From a virus, in the IMG/VR virus record IMGVR_UViG_3300020378_001929, positions 1 to 64,000 of that record: a DNA stretch of 64,000 nucleotides. The stretch is one strand, 5' to 3'. Below, one piece after another: positions 6,987 to 15,914 of this stretch. The notes beneath the pieces were generated by a model, which did not search any database, had not been told where the DNA came from, and was given only the letters and a program-made list of their open reading frames with translations. The stretch's first letter is position 1. Each line of letters starts with the position of its first letter. The position numbers and the translations under genes were made by a program.

Positions 6987-9024
6987 CACTATCATCCCTC
7001 TGTTCCAAATTTAAGTTATCAAACAAAACTTTTAACTGATTTTGGTTTTCTAATAATCTTTTTTCTTCCTCTTTAGAGTAAATAGTCATCTTGCTCTCGT
7101 AAACACCCGTGCCGCGGACGAGAGAGGACAATTCTGAAGCTCCGGGAAAATTCTTTCTACTTGTGCCAAATTCTGGGGCGGTGGCGCGGTTCATATTTTT
7201 CTTTCTTGGTCCAGATGATTTTCGGCGATCGCCAGAAGCAGAGTTCATTCTTGGCTCATACCAGCCATGGGATTTAGCAGTGGTTGTTTTTGTTTTTCCA
7301 CCTTCTCTCTTTGTTGTCTTGCCTGTGTCATCTCTTTTTCCAGGAGGTGCTGCCAATAGATCACCTTCTTCGCCGCCACCGCCGGCTTCGGGTTCAGTAC
7401 CGCCTAGATCTGCGGCGCCACCCAAATCGGCGCCGAAGTCATCTCCTCCTGGGGGACCTGCAAGATCTGGCTCGTCACCGACTGTACCTAGACCACCGGG
7501 CTCACCGGTGTCGCCACCCCCTAATTCACCGCCCGGGGCGGTTGCGGCAGCTTGCTCAGCTTCTGCGGCTGTTTCTAGGGCTGCCTCAAATCGACGGTCA
7601 TAAAACATTTCGCGACGGTTTCTAATAAACTCTTCATCAGACATTCCAAACAAAGTTTTTGCCAGCCACTGCTTAGAGAAAAACCCCTCCGTTGCTGATG
7701 AGGCTATATCAAATTTGGTTTTCCAGTGTTCTAGTTCTTGCATTTCTGCAATTTTTGATGGATTATTTAAGTTAACCTTGAACCCAACTAAGTCCTCATC
7801 GCGGTAACCAAGGGTGTAAAGATGTATGATTCCAATCTTTTCTAATTCTGTGATTACAGAGCGCTGCAAGCGCTGAACAGTTCTGGCAAATCTAATATCT
7901 TTTTGTGCGAGAGTTGTCTTGTCTTCCACTGCTTTTTCAGAATCAGAAGAAAGATATGCAGCTGGAATCTTTAGGGCTGAAAACAACTTGTCTCTCAAGT
8001 ACTTTACATCTTCGATATCACCCGTATGCTTGCCGCCACTTAGAGGTTCGATCTTTGTGCCACTAGTTCCTCCGCGAACAGGAATAAAAAAGTCTTCTTC
8101 AACAGAGAGTGGGTTATATCGTAAATCGACTCTGCCAGTATCAGGGTCGACCACCTGGTTTCTCTTCATTTGGGTCATTGCTTTTTGCATATATTGTTCT
8201 ATATCTTGCGGAGGGATTCCTCCAACATCGATATAGAAAACGCGGCGGTCAGGTGAGCGTACAATACGGTACGCCATCATAGCGTCTTCTAGAAGTGTTA
8301 ACTGGCGCCAGATGCGGCGCGCCGGCTCTAGTACAGACGTGCCGTAAGGATTATATTTGTCGTTCCCCAAAACTCTAAAATGACCAATTTGCCAATTTTC
8401 GAAAGTTAATCCTGCAGTATTCCACTGGTATTGTACATAATTGGGGTTTTTCTTGTCTTCGCCTTCCAGTCTCTCAACCTCTGCGGTGGGAAGACCGATA
8501 ACACTAGTAATTCCAATTTTCTCATCTAGGTCAAGATATAAGAAAAAATCCCCATACTTACACATGGCGCGGCACCAGGTAAAGAGATTATACTCAATGT
8601 TCAGGATATCATAATATAGAGAGTGCAGAATTAGTTTTATTTCTTCGTTGTCACACTTGATATCGATAACTTGCTGAAGTGTACTGTGTGTTGTCATTTC
8701 ATCTGCGTATATATCTAAAGCTGAAGCTATCTCAGGGGTATACTCCATTTGATCAAAATCAACATACCTCTCTGTTCTTGCTTGGCTAGCCATAGCTTGA
8801 GCCTGCAGGCTGTCATAGGGGTTATATGCCGTCTTCTTGAAGTCTTTGCCACTTGCAGAGGTGAACCTCGAAGAATATTTATCTAGATCTATTCTTCGAA
8901 GTCTGTGATTCGTTTGAGTCCTATATCCTGCAAGGGGACCAGAGAGGAGTCTCGTCAGGCGGCGAAACAATAAACTTTGCGGGTTTCTTGTGTTGTTCTT
9001 GTTGCTTTTTGTTTTTTTTGCCAT
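6970..9024 (-). CDS. gp20: Portal protein (T4 gp20-like)
   Basis: PEIASALDIYADE, LLEDAMMAYRIVRSPDRRVFYIDVG, EDFFIPVRG, DVKYLRDKLFSALKIP, DIRFARTVQRLQ; adjacent to TerL. Confidence 0.95.
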   Translation of the reverse strand: MAKKTKSNKNNTRNPQSLLFRRLTRLLSGPLAGYRTQTNHRLRRIDLDKYSSRFTSASGKDFKKTAYNPYDSLQAQAMASQARTERYVDFDQMEYTPEIASALDIYADEMTTHSTLQQVIDIKCDNEEIKLILHSLYYDILNIEYNLFTWCRAMCKYGDFFLYLDLDEKIGITSVIGLPTAEVERLEGEDKKNPNYVQYQWNTAGLTFENWQIGHFRVLGNDKYNPYGTSVLEPARRIWRQLTLLEDAMMAYRIVRSPDRRVFYIDVGGIPPQDIEQYMQKAMTQMKRNQVVDPDTGRVDLRYNPLSVEEDFFIPVRGGTSGTKIEPLSGGKHTGDIEDVKYLRDKLFSALKIPAAYLSSDSEKAVEDKTTLAQKDIRFARTVQRLQRSVITELEKIGIIHLYTLGYRDEDLVGFKVNLNNPSKIAEMQELEHWKTKFDIASSATEGFFSKQWLAKTLFGMSDEEFIRNRREMFYDRRFEAALETAAEAEQAAATAPGGELGGGDTGEPGGLGTVGDEPDLAGPPGGDDFGADLGGAADLGGTEPEAGGGGEEGDLLAAPPGKRDDTGKTTKREGGKTKTTTAKSHGWYEPRMNSASGDRRKSSGPRKKNMNRATAPEFGTSRKNFPGASELSSLVRGTGVYESKMTIYSKEEEKRLLENQNQLKVLFDNLNLEQRDDSDETEA

Positions 9025-9027
9025 ATC

Positions 9028-10614
9028 TTATCCTTTAAATAACCAAGGAAACTGCTCAATATTATTAGCATGCTTCTTAGCGCTGTCTTGGAGTTTCATA
9101 TTTGTAACTCCGATCATGCCATTTATTCTAGTGTCTAACTCATTACTAGTCTTAGTTATAGCACCAAGAAAAGCCTTGTTGTACTCAAAGTCTCTTTGAC
9201 TAGATGCTAGAGCAGTGTCTCGAACCCAACACCCAACGGCGCATGCCATAATGAGGTCGTCATTATAGGACCTCATTGCTTCTGCTCTTCCATGGTTCCA
9301 AATAAACGTTTTCATCTCAGACAAAAGTCTTGTTGAATATATCTTAATTAGGTTGTTTCTTATGAATTCTTCCATCTTTGCAACAATCAGTGGTCTAGTC
9401 TTTGAAGTCATGGTAAACCCAGCAACAGCATTCGACATATTTTCTGCCTGGTACTCCTCTACAAACTCATGTGTAGACTTTACAGAATAATATAAATTAG
9501 GATATGCCGATTCTTTTAATTTATCCAAGACCGCGAAGCCGACGGTGTTGTTTTCCACTACCATCAAACACTTACCATATTCTAACCCAATATCATATAA
9601 AATTTTAGAAAAAATATCAGGAGTACATTTGCCTCTATATTCTGCAACTACCTCCATAGTCCTCGTCTTGAAAACTAGGGCTGTTGAATAATCTTTTCCG
9701 TCACCGCGGGCAACGTCGGCGGAGATAAAATAATCTTCCGATGCTTGATAATTCTCCCAAATCCACAAGTTTCTATCAAACCCCGTTCTATATTTCGGCT
9801 CAGCTACCATATTCAAATAAACTTCCAGATCTTCCGCGGCGAATACAGTCTCTCCAGACATGTTAAAATTACATTCAAGCTCTTGTGCAATTTCCCTGCG
9901 GGACATGTTTCTTGTCTCTTTCTCAAACCACTGCTCGTCGCGGTCGGGGTGGACGTCCCAAGGCAACACTGTTGGGTGAAAATCATTTGAGCTAGTTTCA
10001 GATTCTGTATATACCTTGTGAAACCAATTACCCACGCCGTTAGGCGTTGATAGAGCTATACATCGCCCACCGGTTGAAAGGGTAGGATAAAGACCCATCC
10101 ACAACTCCTCTAGTCCCTCTACGTGTGCTGCCTCGTCAATAACCAACAAAGACAAAGCTTCTGAACGACCTGCGTCGCCTGACGTGCTCGATGCTTTGAT
10201 TTGTGAACCATTTGAAAGGACAAAGCTTGTCCTGTTGTCAATGTCGACTTTAGAAATAGTAAGCCATGGTGGTAGGTTTTTTATTATTGCTTTAACTTTC
10301 TTGACCAGGTTCGCTGCAGTGCTAAACTTAGTCGCAATAACCAAAACGTTCTTCTCCCTATGGAACATCATCATCCAGGCTACGTATGCAGCTGTTATGG
10401 TAGATATACCCAACTGCCTAGCCTTTAGGATCACATTGAACCTATAGTCTTCAAAGTCTTTAAGCAGATCTTTTTGGAAGTCGTAAAGATGAAAGGGTAT
10501 CAACCCTCTTTGTGGGTGAGTGATCTTTGCGTAAGTGTTGATAAAATAGTCTGGCGTCTTTCCGCATTTGACTATTTCTCTCATTATTTCCTTCTTCGAT
10601 AAGGAAAAGGTCAT
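9028..10614 (-). CDS. terL: Terminase large subunit (T4 gp17-like)
   Basis: Walker A LKARQLGIST, Walker B LLVIDEAAH, motif III LSTPNG, nuclease ISADVARG and DDLIMA; no intein visible. Confidence 0.96.
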   Translation of the reverse strand: MTFSLSKKEIMREIVKCGKTPDYFINTYAKITHPQRGLIPFHLYDFQKDLLKDFEDYRFNVILKARQLGISTITAAYVAWMMMFHREKNVLVIATKFSTAANLVKKVKAIIKNLPPWLTISKVDIDNRTSFVLSNGSQIKASSTSGDAGRSEALSLLVIDEAAHVEGLEELWMGLYPTLSTGGRCIALSTPNGVGNWFHKVYTESETSSNDFHPTVLPWDVHPDRDEQWFEKETRNMSRREIAQELECNFNMSGETVFAAEDLEVYLNMVAEPKYRTGFDRNLWIWENYQASEDYFISADVARGDGKDYSTALVFKTRTMEVVAEYRGKCTPDIFSKILYDIGLEYGKCLMVVENNTVGFAVLDKLKESAYPNLYYSVKSTHEFVEEYQAENMSNAVAGFTMTSKTRPLIVAKMEEFIRNNLIKIYSTRLLSEMKTFIWNHGRAEAMRSYNDDLIMACAVGCWVRDTALASSQRDFEYNKAFLGAITKTSNELDTRINGMIGVTNMKLQDSAKKHANNIEQFPWLFKG

Positions 10615-10615
10615 A

Positions 10616-11149
10616 CTAGCTCTTTATTTTTTCATTTGACGGGCGTTTACCGCCGATGCCGCTCAGTGCTACCATTTTCTTGAACTCAGGCTCTACTTCT
10701 CTTCCATCTGTATAGGAATCGTTAGGTTCGGCATCTGTGCCACCAATCTTATAACACTTGTGAACCTTTACGCTGCAGCGGATACGAGAAATATATTCTA
10801 CAAGAACATCAACTTCGCTTGGGTCAGAAAGACTCAGGGCACTTTTCTTTATTTTTTTATATTCCTTCTGTATGAAGGATTTTATGTTTTCAACCATTGA
10901 TTCCATCTCCCCCTCAAATCCATTTGAATGGACTTCCTTGAGTGGAATCTCTGCATGATACTTGATGTGGAGACGGTCACCGGAAACTGAAGCACCAAAG
11001 CCATCCATAATTCGGTGGTCAATGAGAGGGTTTCCCTCTTCTCTTCGTAAGCCAATTTTTATAGGCTCTCCGCTTTCGTCTAGTGCGCCGTCGTAAGTGT
11101 TTGATAGTACCTGAGAGATACAGTCGATAATTTCTAAAGTTGTTGCCAT
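10616..11149 (-). CDS. Hypothetical protein upstream of TerL
   Basis: 177-aa ORF preceded by two ACTATTTAT motifs; stop TAG abuts the TerL ATG. Confidence 0.72.
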   Translation of the reverse strand: MATTLEIIDCISQVLSNTYDGALDESGEPIKIGLRREEGNPLIDHRIMDGFGASVSGDRLHIKYHAEIPLKEVHSNGFEGEMESMVENIKSFIQKEYKKIKKSALSLSDPSEVDVLVEYISRIRCSVKVHKCYKIGGTDAEPNDSYTDGREVEPEFKKMVALSGIGGKRPSNEKIKS

Positions 11150-11168
11150 AAGTAAAAAACCCTCTATT

Positions 11169-11193
11169 ATAAATAGTTCGTAATATAAATAGT
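11169..11193 (-). promoter_or_regulatory. Tandem putative late promoters (ACTATTTAT x2)
   Basis: ataaatagt on + strand at 11169-11177 and 11185-11193, in the gap upstream of the packaging/head operon. Confidence 0.65.
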
Positions 11194-11561
11194 TACTTCT
11201 TTGGTCTCCATCCCGTTTTCCATCGATCTAGTCTGCCCTCTACGTATTGTATATAACATTTAAAGCAGCATTCAAATTTAACCATGTACATGTTGTCGTG
11301 TGCCTTTACCGAATACTCGCCACAAACAGGACACGTCCGAGACTCGGAATCACCGGTGGTTTTATCTATAAGATCAAAACCCTCCTTGCTTGTTTTTTGC
11401 TTCTCGCGTGACTTATTTTCATGAAAATGCTTTAAACTTTCAAGATAAGCCTTCTCCTTTTCTTTACTCCAGCCGCTCTTTGGGTTTGCTATAGCTTCCT
11501 TGCCATACTTCTCTTTTATGGCTTTTTCATATTTTGCTATTTCGTTAAAATCTTTTTTCAT
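11193..11561 (-). CDS. Hypothetical zinc-finger protein (probable start ATG 11561, MKKDFNEIAK)
   Basis: CPVC...CCFKC motif; start chosen just after the upstream gene's stop at 11563. Confidence 0.68.
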   Translation of the reverse strand: MKKDFNEIAKYEKAIKEKYGKEAIANPKSGWSKEKEKAYLESLKHFHENKSREKQKTSKEGFDLIDKTTGDSESRTCPVCGEYSVKAHDNMYMVKFECCFKCYIQYVEGRLDRWKTGWRPKK

Positions 11562-11562
11562 A

Positions 11563-12030
11563 TCAATTAAGTGTACTAAGGGCAACTGCATTGGCGATGG
11601 TCGAACCGACGTAATAGACAATCAAAGTTGCTGCAATGCCGCCGCCGAACCACAAGTACCAGTAATCGTTTGGTCTGTCTAGAGCTATTTGTTCCAATTT
11701 CTGGTTCTCTACTTGAAGGGCTGCTATAGTTTTTTCGGAAAGCTCCTTATGATACTCCAAGTCTACAGCAAGTGAACCAATCCGCAAATCAAAATCTGCC
11801 TTTTGTTTCTCTAGTTCTTTAGAAATTTCAAGTTGACACCTTTCTTGTTCTGACTCTTTATCTGCGATTAATTTAGCTGCGGCAGGTATATTAAAACACC
11901 ATGCTTGAAAGGGTACTTTATCTCCCTTTTTCAACTTGGTAACTGTTGGCTCAGAGGCTACGCTTACTGTAGTAAAACTAATCAGTAACAGTAAAACCAA
12001 AAAGGCTTTCGATTTTTTCGCTAATTTCAT
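11563..12030 (-). CDS. Exported coiled-coil protein with C-terminal TM segment (candidate spanin component)
   Basis: Basic plus hydrophobic N-terminus ending VSVA-S, central coiled coil, C-terminal WYLWFGGGIAATLIVYYVG; overlaps the upstream gene. Confidence 0.5.
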   Translation of the reverse strand: MKLAKKSKAFLVLLLLISFTTVSVASEPTVTKLKKGDKVPFQAWCFNIPAAAKLIADKESEQERCQLEISKELEKQKADFDLRIGSLAVDLEYHKELSEKTIAALQVENQKLEQIALDRPNDYWYLWFGGGIAATLIVYYVGSTIANAVALSTLN

Positions 12031-12364
12031 CGGGGTTATTTTCCGCTCTCTTAATAATCTCTTTAACTTTCTTTTTTTCTTTTCTAGAAAGCTCTTTTTC
12101 TTTTATTGCATATTTCTTTTCTATTTTAGCAAGAGTTTCCTTATATTTTAAGATAAGTTCTTCTCTTTTTTGTATTTCTACATTTCTTGCATCTTGAAGT
12201 GCCTGTATTTGACTTTCGTACGATCTCTTTCTTGCGTTTAAGGTTTCAATAGCCGCTTGGTTGCTTTTTCGAGCAAAGATAAAAATACCGATTGACCATA
12301 TAGTCATGGCAAAAATCTTCCAATGCTTCTTTATAAAAAGCCAAGCTAGCCTTAGTTGAGTCAT
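11978..12364 (-). CDS. N-terminal TM plus coiled-coil protein (candidate i-spanin)
   Basis: Single N-terminal hydrophobic helix followed by a long charged coiled coil; downstream of a holin-like gene. Confidence 0.5.
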   Translation of the reverse strand: MTQLRLAWLFIKKHWKIFAMTIWSIGIFIFARKSNQAAIETLNARKRSYESQIQALQDARNVEIQKREELILKYKETLAKIEKKYAIKEKELSRKEKKKVKEIIKRAENNPDEISEKIESLFGFTVTD

Positions 12365-12567
12365 CGGTCAGAAGGTCCGTGCTTCCACTTAACCGCCATA
12401 TCCACAAGAGCTTGAGTGCCAATGTATGCTAATGTAATAGCGGTCCAATTATCACTAGTAACTGTCCCATATGCACAGAGACCTGTTGCTGTTAACCAGG
12501 CAAGGAACTTCCTTGATATAAACCTTTCTGTATACTTGTCAGCAAATGCTTTAATTTGTGCCACCAT
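12361..12567 (-). CDS. Small two-TM membrane protein (candidate holin)
   Basis: 68 aa, ISRKFLAW followed by two hydrophobic helices; strong AGGAGG RBS. Confidence 0.5.
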   Translation of the reverse strand: MVAQIKAFADKYTERFISRKFLAWLTATGLCAYGTVTSDNWTAITLAYIGTQALVDMAVKWKHGPSDR

Positions 12568-12581
12568 AAATCCTCCTGTTA

Positions 12582-15500
12582 TTATAGATTGACGTGTGCG
12601 TATCCGGATTTCTTTTCTATATTAATCTGCATATCAACACAATCTTTTAAACTATCTAAGTGCGAAATAAGAAGCACTGTTTTAAAGTAACCTTTTACCA
12701 TGTCCAGTATGCGAACAAAGCCTTCCATGTTCTCTTCATCTAGTGCCGTACCTGGTTCATCTAATATAAATAGATCAGACTTCGGCAAACTTGACACAGT
12801 TAAAAACGCTAGTCGGATCGCCATGCTTGCAATCGTCTTCTCTGCGCCAGAACCCATTTCTAATGGTCTTGGATCGTGACTTGGGTGCTTAATAAAAATA
12901 TCAAGTTTGTCTTCGTTATTAGAAATAAATACTTCAAATTCTACAATGTTGGTAAGAATTTTTGAAATTTCTTGATTTATGTAAGGCAATCTTTCTTTGA
13001 TGATCTCATAGGAAACACCGTTTGGATGACAACAAACCATAAAAAGATGATATGCGGCGAAATCTTGCTCTAGTTGCTGAAACTCTCTGTGTTGTTGTTG
13101 AGTGTGTAGCAGCTTTTGTTCTGATGAGCCGTGCCTCTTGTGGAGTTGCATTATTTTCTGATCGCAAGTCGTTAGTTCTGATTCTTTATCTGAGATTTGC
13201 TTCTTCAAATTTTCTTTGTCTTTTAGGAGCTGCTTAAGGTTTTCGATAGCCTCTCTGTTTTCTTCGTATTCTGTTGCTTTAGTTTTCAAGCTGTCAAGCT
13301 CAACCTGCTCTTTAAATAAAAGACTATCAGCTCGCTCAATAATCAAATTACTAGTTGTTATAGAATTGGCGAGATCATCTCTTTTCCTAACTAACAAATC
13401 ATGCTTCTTTATATACTCATCTACTTTTACCTGCTCTTTGTGTGAATGCATCTTGCCAACATCGTTAATTTTGTTAGAAACTAGGGATATTTCCAAAGTC
13501 TTTTCTTCAACAGTTTCATTAATCAACGGAACACAACTAACACATAGTTTATCTTGCTCGGTGACCAGCAAAGTTTTTTGCTCTGACAAAGTTTTTAAAA
13601 GTAAGATTAAATTCTGTAATTCTTCATTAACCCTTTTGAACGATTCTTTCTTTTTCTTATACTTTTCAACTTCAAAATCTTCTAAAAATTTTTCGATTTT
13701 TTCATATTTAATTTTGCTCTCATCAAGGTTTTGTTGAGCTAGTATCTTTTTTTTATTTATCTGTAAGATAGACCTTTCTTTTTCAGTTATTTTTTTAGCT
13801 GTCATGACAGGGTCAATAACTTCAGCTGGAACTGATTCTATCTTGTCTTGCAAATCGTTCAGCTCTCTCGCCAAAAGAGACAGGTCTTCTTTTAACGTAT
13901 TGCAAATTGCCTTGTTTCTCTCAATTGCCAACTCACCCTTGACAATTTCTTCTTTGATATTTTTGATGTCTGTATCAAAATCAATACCCTCTAGGCGTCG
14001 TAGAGATGCTTTTATATCAGCAGAAGCTTCTTTAGCCATCTTAAACTTCTTGTCGAAGATCTCAAGATCCAAAAACTTTGCAAGAAACTCTTTTCTTTTT
14101 GTTGACCCTTCATTGATAAAAGACAGGGAATCTAGTTGAGATGCCATGGAGGTTGCTAAAAAATCCGGGAGAGTGCCAAAATACTTCCTCACATTCTTAT
14201 CAGTGTCTTGCCTGGAGGTGCCATTTAATCCTGTGTGGTTTCCTATCGTATCCTGTGAATAGAACTCCAGGTCAGTTGTCGCTTCTTGGGTTTCCACTCC
14301 CTTAAGTCTCTTGATATACTTATTTGACCTTCTTTCGATGATATAATCTGTATCATCAACTTTAATTGTTGCTGTTGCTGTGCACTCATCCTTATTTTGG
14401 TTTATGATGTTTAAATTCTTGCGAATAGATTTAGAAGTAGAATTGTACATAGAGTACAGCAAAGTGTCTACGATAGAAGATTTGCCCGAATAATTCTTTC
14501 CGAAAATACCCACAATGCCTTCTAACTTCGTGAAATCAATAGTGTTCCCTTCGCCATAATTGAAGAGGTTGTCCCACTCTAACTTCTGAAGGGACCAGTT
14601 GACATTTCTCATCACATCTTCATTTTCTTCAATTTGCTTATTAAACTCTTTGTTTAACTCATAGACCCTTTCTAGCACTTCTTCTGTCGCTTCATATTCT
14701 TTCAAATATTCAGCCATTAAAGTCTCCTGAGTTTTAATGTCTCGCAAGTCCTGTTTCTCTAAACCCGCAGGAGCTGCAACTTTGATTTGTTTTCCAGCTG
14801 CTCTATTAAGGTAGGTTACTGACTCTGGATTGTATTTATACTTTACAATGTCTACTGCCTTTCTTACCTTATCCAAGGAAACATTGCTTTCTGACACTAT
14901 TCTAAGGCGGGCGCCTTCTGGTGGTTTTGTTCTTGGTAGGTTTCCCTTCTCACTTAAAGTTAGAGTGATAAAAGGTTTTGGATTATTAAATGTGATAAGC
15001 TTATTAGTAAAAATATCTTTACTTTCAATATCCCATAGTAAATAGCCCTTGTCTAGTGATTCTCCGAAGTTCTGCTGAACTGTTGAGCCGGCATACCATA
15101 TCCGACCTTCCTTATCTAGTTTCTGTGTTTTATGAATATCTCCAAGGAAAGCAAAGTCAAAATCTTCAAAAATTTCTATGCTGTGATCTCCTCCTAGGGT
15201 CCAGTTCTGATCTGTCTTAGATTTGTCAATTGCGCCATGGTACAGAGCTATGTTGACTAGGCTCTGGTCTGTTGGGCTGACCCAATTCTCCTCATCGAAC
15301 ACAGATAAAACATTTAAGCAAAACTTATCATCTATTTTGATCTCGCCGGCGTTTTTGAGTAAAATAAGGTTAGGGTCATCTATAGCTTTAGCGATTGGGG
15401 AGAGGGCATCTTGCCTTGAGCCATTACGCAAATTGCCGTCGTGGTTTCCTAAAATAATATAGGTTGGAGCAATTGCAGCAAGACTTTGAAAAAAGTCCCG

Positions 15501-15680
15501 GCACATATCGACAAATTCTGGTGAAATTTGTGTTTTTGTGTGAGCTATATCTCCGCAGTGGATAATGTAATCCACCTTTTCTTCTTTTAGTGATTTGTAA
15601 AGTTGACTGAATACTTCTTTGTATTCAAAGTGATATTTTAAATTCCGGATGTGAGTATCCGCAATATGCGCAAATCGCAT
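12582..15680 (-). CDS. Fused Mre11/SbcD nuclease - Rad50/SbcC SMC ATPase (T4 gp47+gp46-like)
   Basis: Metallophosphoesterase motifs HIADTH, CGDIAH, GNHD, LYHG, GDIH; then Walker A GKNYSGKSS, coiled coil with CVSC hook, signature GSGAEK, Walker B/D-loop ILDEPGTALD, H-loop ISH; one uninterrupted frame. Confidence 0.93.
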   Translation of the reverse strand: MRFAHIADTHIRNLKYHFEYKEVFSQLYKSLKEEKVDYIIHCGDIAHTKTQISPEFVDMCRDFFQSLAAIAPTYIILGNHDGNLRNGSRQDALSPIAKAIDDPNLILLKNAGEIKIDDKFCLNVLSVFDEENWVSPTDQSLVNIALYHGAIDKSKTDQNWTLGGDHSIEIFEDFDFAFLGDIHKTQKLDKEGRIWYAGSTVQQNFGESLDKGYLLWDIESKDIFTNKLITFNNPKPFITLTLSEKGNLPRTKPPEGARLRIVSESNVSLDKVRKAVDIVKYKYNPESVTYLNRAAGKQIKVAAPAGLEKQDLRDIKTQETLMAEYLKEYEATEEVLERVYELNKEFNKQIEENEDVMRNVNWSLQKLEWDNLFNYGEGNTIDFTKLEGIVGIFGKNYSGKSSIVDTLLYSMYNSTSKSIRKNLNIINQNKDECTATATIKVDDTDYIIERRSNKYIKRLKGVETQEATTDLEFYSQDTIGNHTGLNGTSRQDTDKNVRKYFGTLPDFLATSMASQLDSLSFINEGSTKRKEFLAKFLDLEIFDKKFKMAKEASADIKASLRRLEGIDFDTDIKNIKEEIVKGELAIERNKAICNTLKEDLSLLARELNDLQDKIESVPAEVIDPVMTAKKITEKERSILQINKKKILAQQNLDESKIKYEKIEKFLEDFEVEKYKKKKESFKRVNEELQNLILLLKTLSEQKTLLVTEQDKLCVSCVPLINETVEEKTLEISLVSNKINDVGKMHSHKEQVKVDEYIKKHDLLVRKRDDLANSITTSNLIIERADSLLFKEQVELDSLKTKATEYEENREAIENLKQLLKDKENLKKQISDKESELTTCDQKIMQLHKRHGSSEQKLLHTQQQHREFQQLEQDFAAYHLFMVCCHPNGVSYEIIKERLPYINQEISKILTNIVEFEVFISNNEDKLDIFIKHPSHDPRPLEMGSGAEKTIASMAIRLAFLTVSSLPKSDLFILDEPGTALDEENMEGFVRILDMVKGYFKTVLLISHLDSLKDCVDMQINIEKKSGYAHVNL

Positions 15681-15706
15681 ATAACCTCCGCTTAGTGTTT
15701 TCCTAT

Positions 15707-15735
15707 ATTATATACAGTTTATAAGCGGGAGTCAA
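15707..15735 (-). promoter_or_regulatory. Sigma70-type promoter TTGACT-N17-TATAAT for the Mre11-Rad50 fusion gene
   Basis: -35 at 15735-15730, 17-nt spacer, -10 at 15712-15707, GGAGG at 15689-15685, ATG 15680. Confidence 0.85.
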
Positions 15736-15905
15736 GATATTTTTTTTAAACCAAAAACTTTAAGTTGCTCTACTGACAACTTTTCTAAGATGATAGTAAA
15801 CGCCTGTTTTTCAGACTCTGTCAAAGCATCAATATCTCCGGTCTCTGCAAGATGGTGCATCTCTTCTTTGATGATTTCTTTTAGTCTTCTTTTTGTAATT
15901 TGCAT
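15732..15905 (-). CDS. 57-aa small protein MQITKRRLKEIIKEEMHHLAETGDIDALTESEKQAFTIILEKLSVEQLKVFGLKKIS
   Basis: Manual translation; AGGAG RBS; ACTATTTAC motif at 15935-15943; N-terminus resembles that of 4177..4602. Confidence 0.75.
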   Translation of the reverse strand: MQITKRRLKEIIKEEMHHLAETGDIDALTESEKQAFTIILEKLSVEQLKVFGLKKIS

Positions 15906-15914
15906 TTTAGGCTC

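Noticed and set aside
11168-11191. Canonical T4 late promoters TATAAATA driving + strand transcription
   Set aside because: No credible + strand gene follows; the motif consistently lies upstream of minus-strand starts, so it was interpreted in the opposite orientation (antisense transcription is not excluded).
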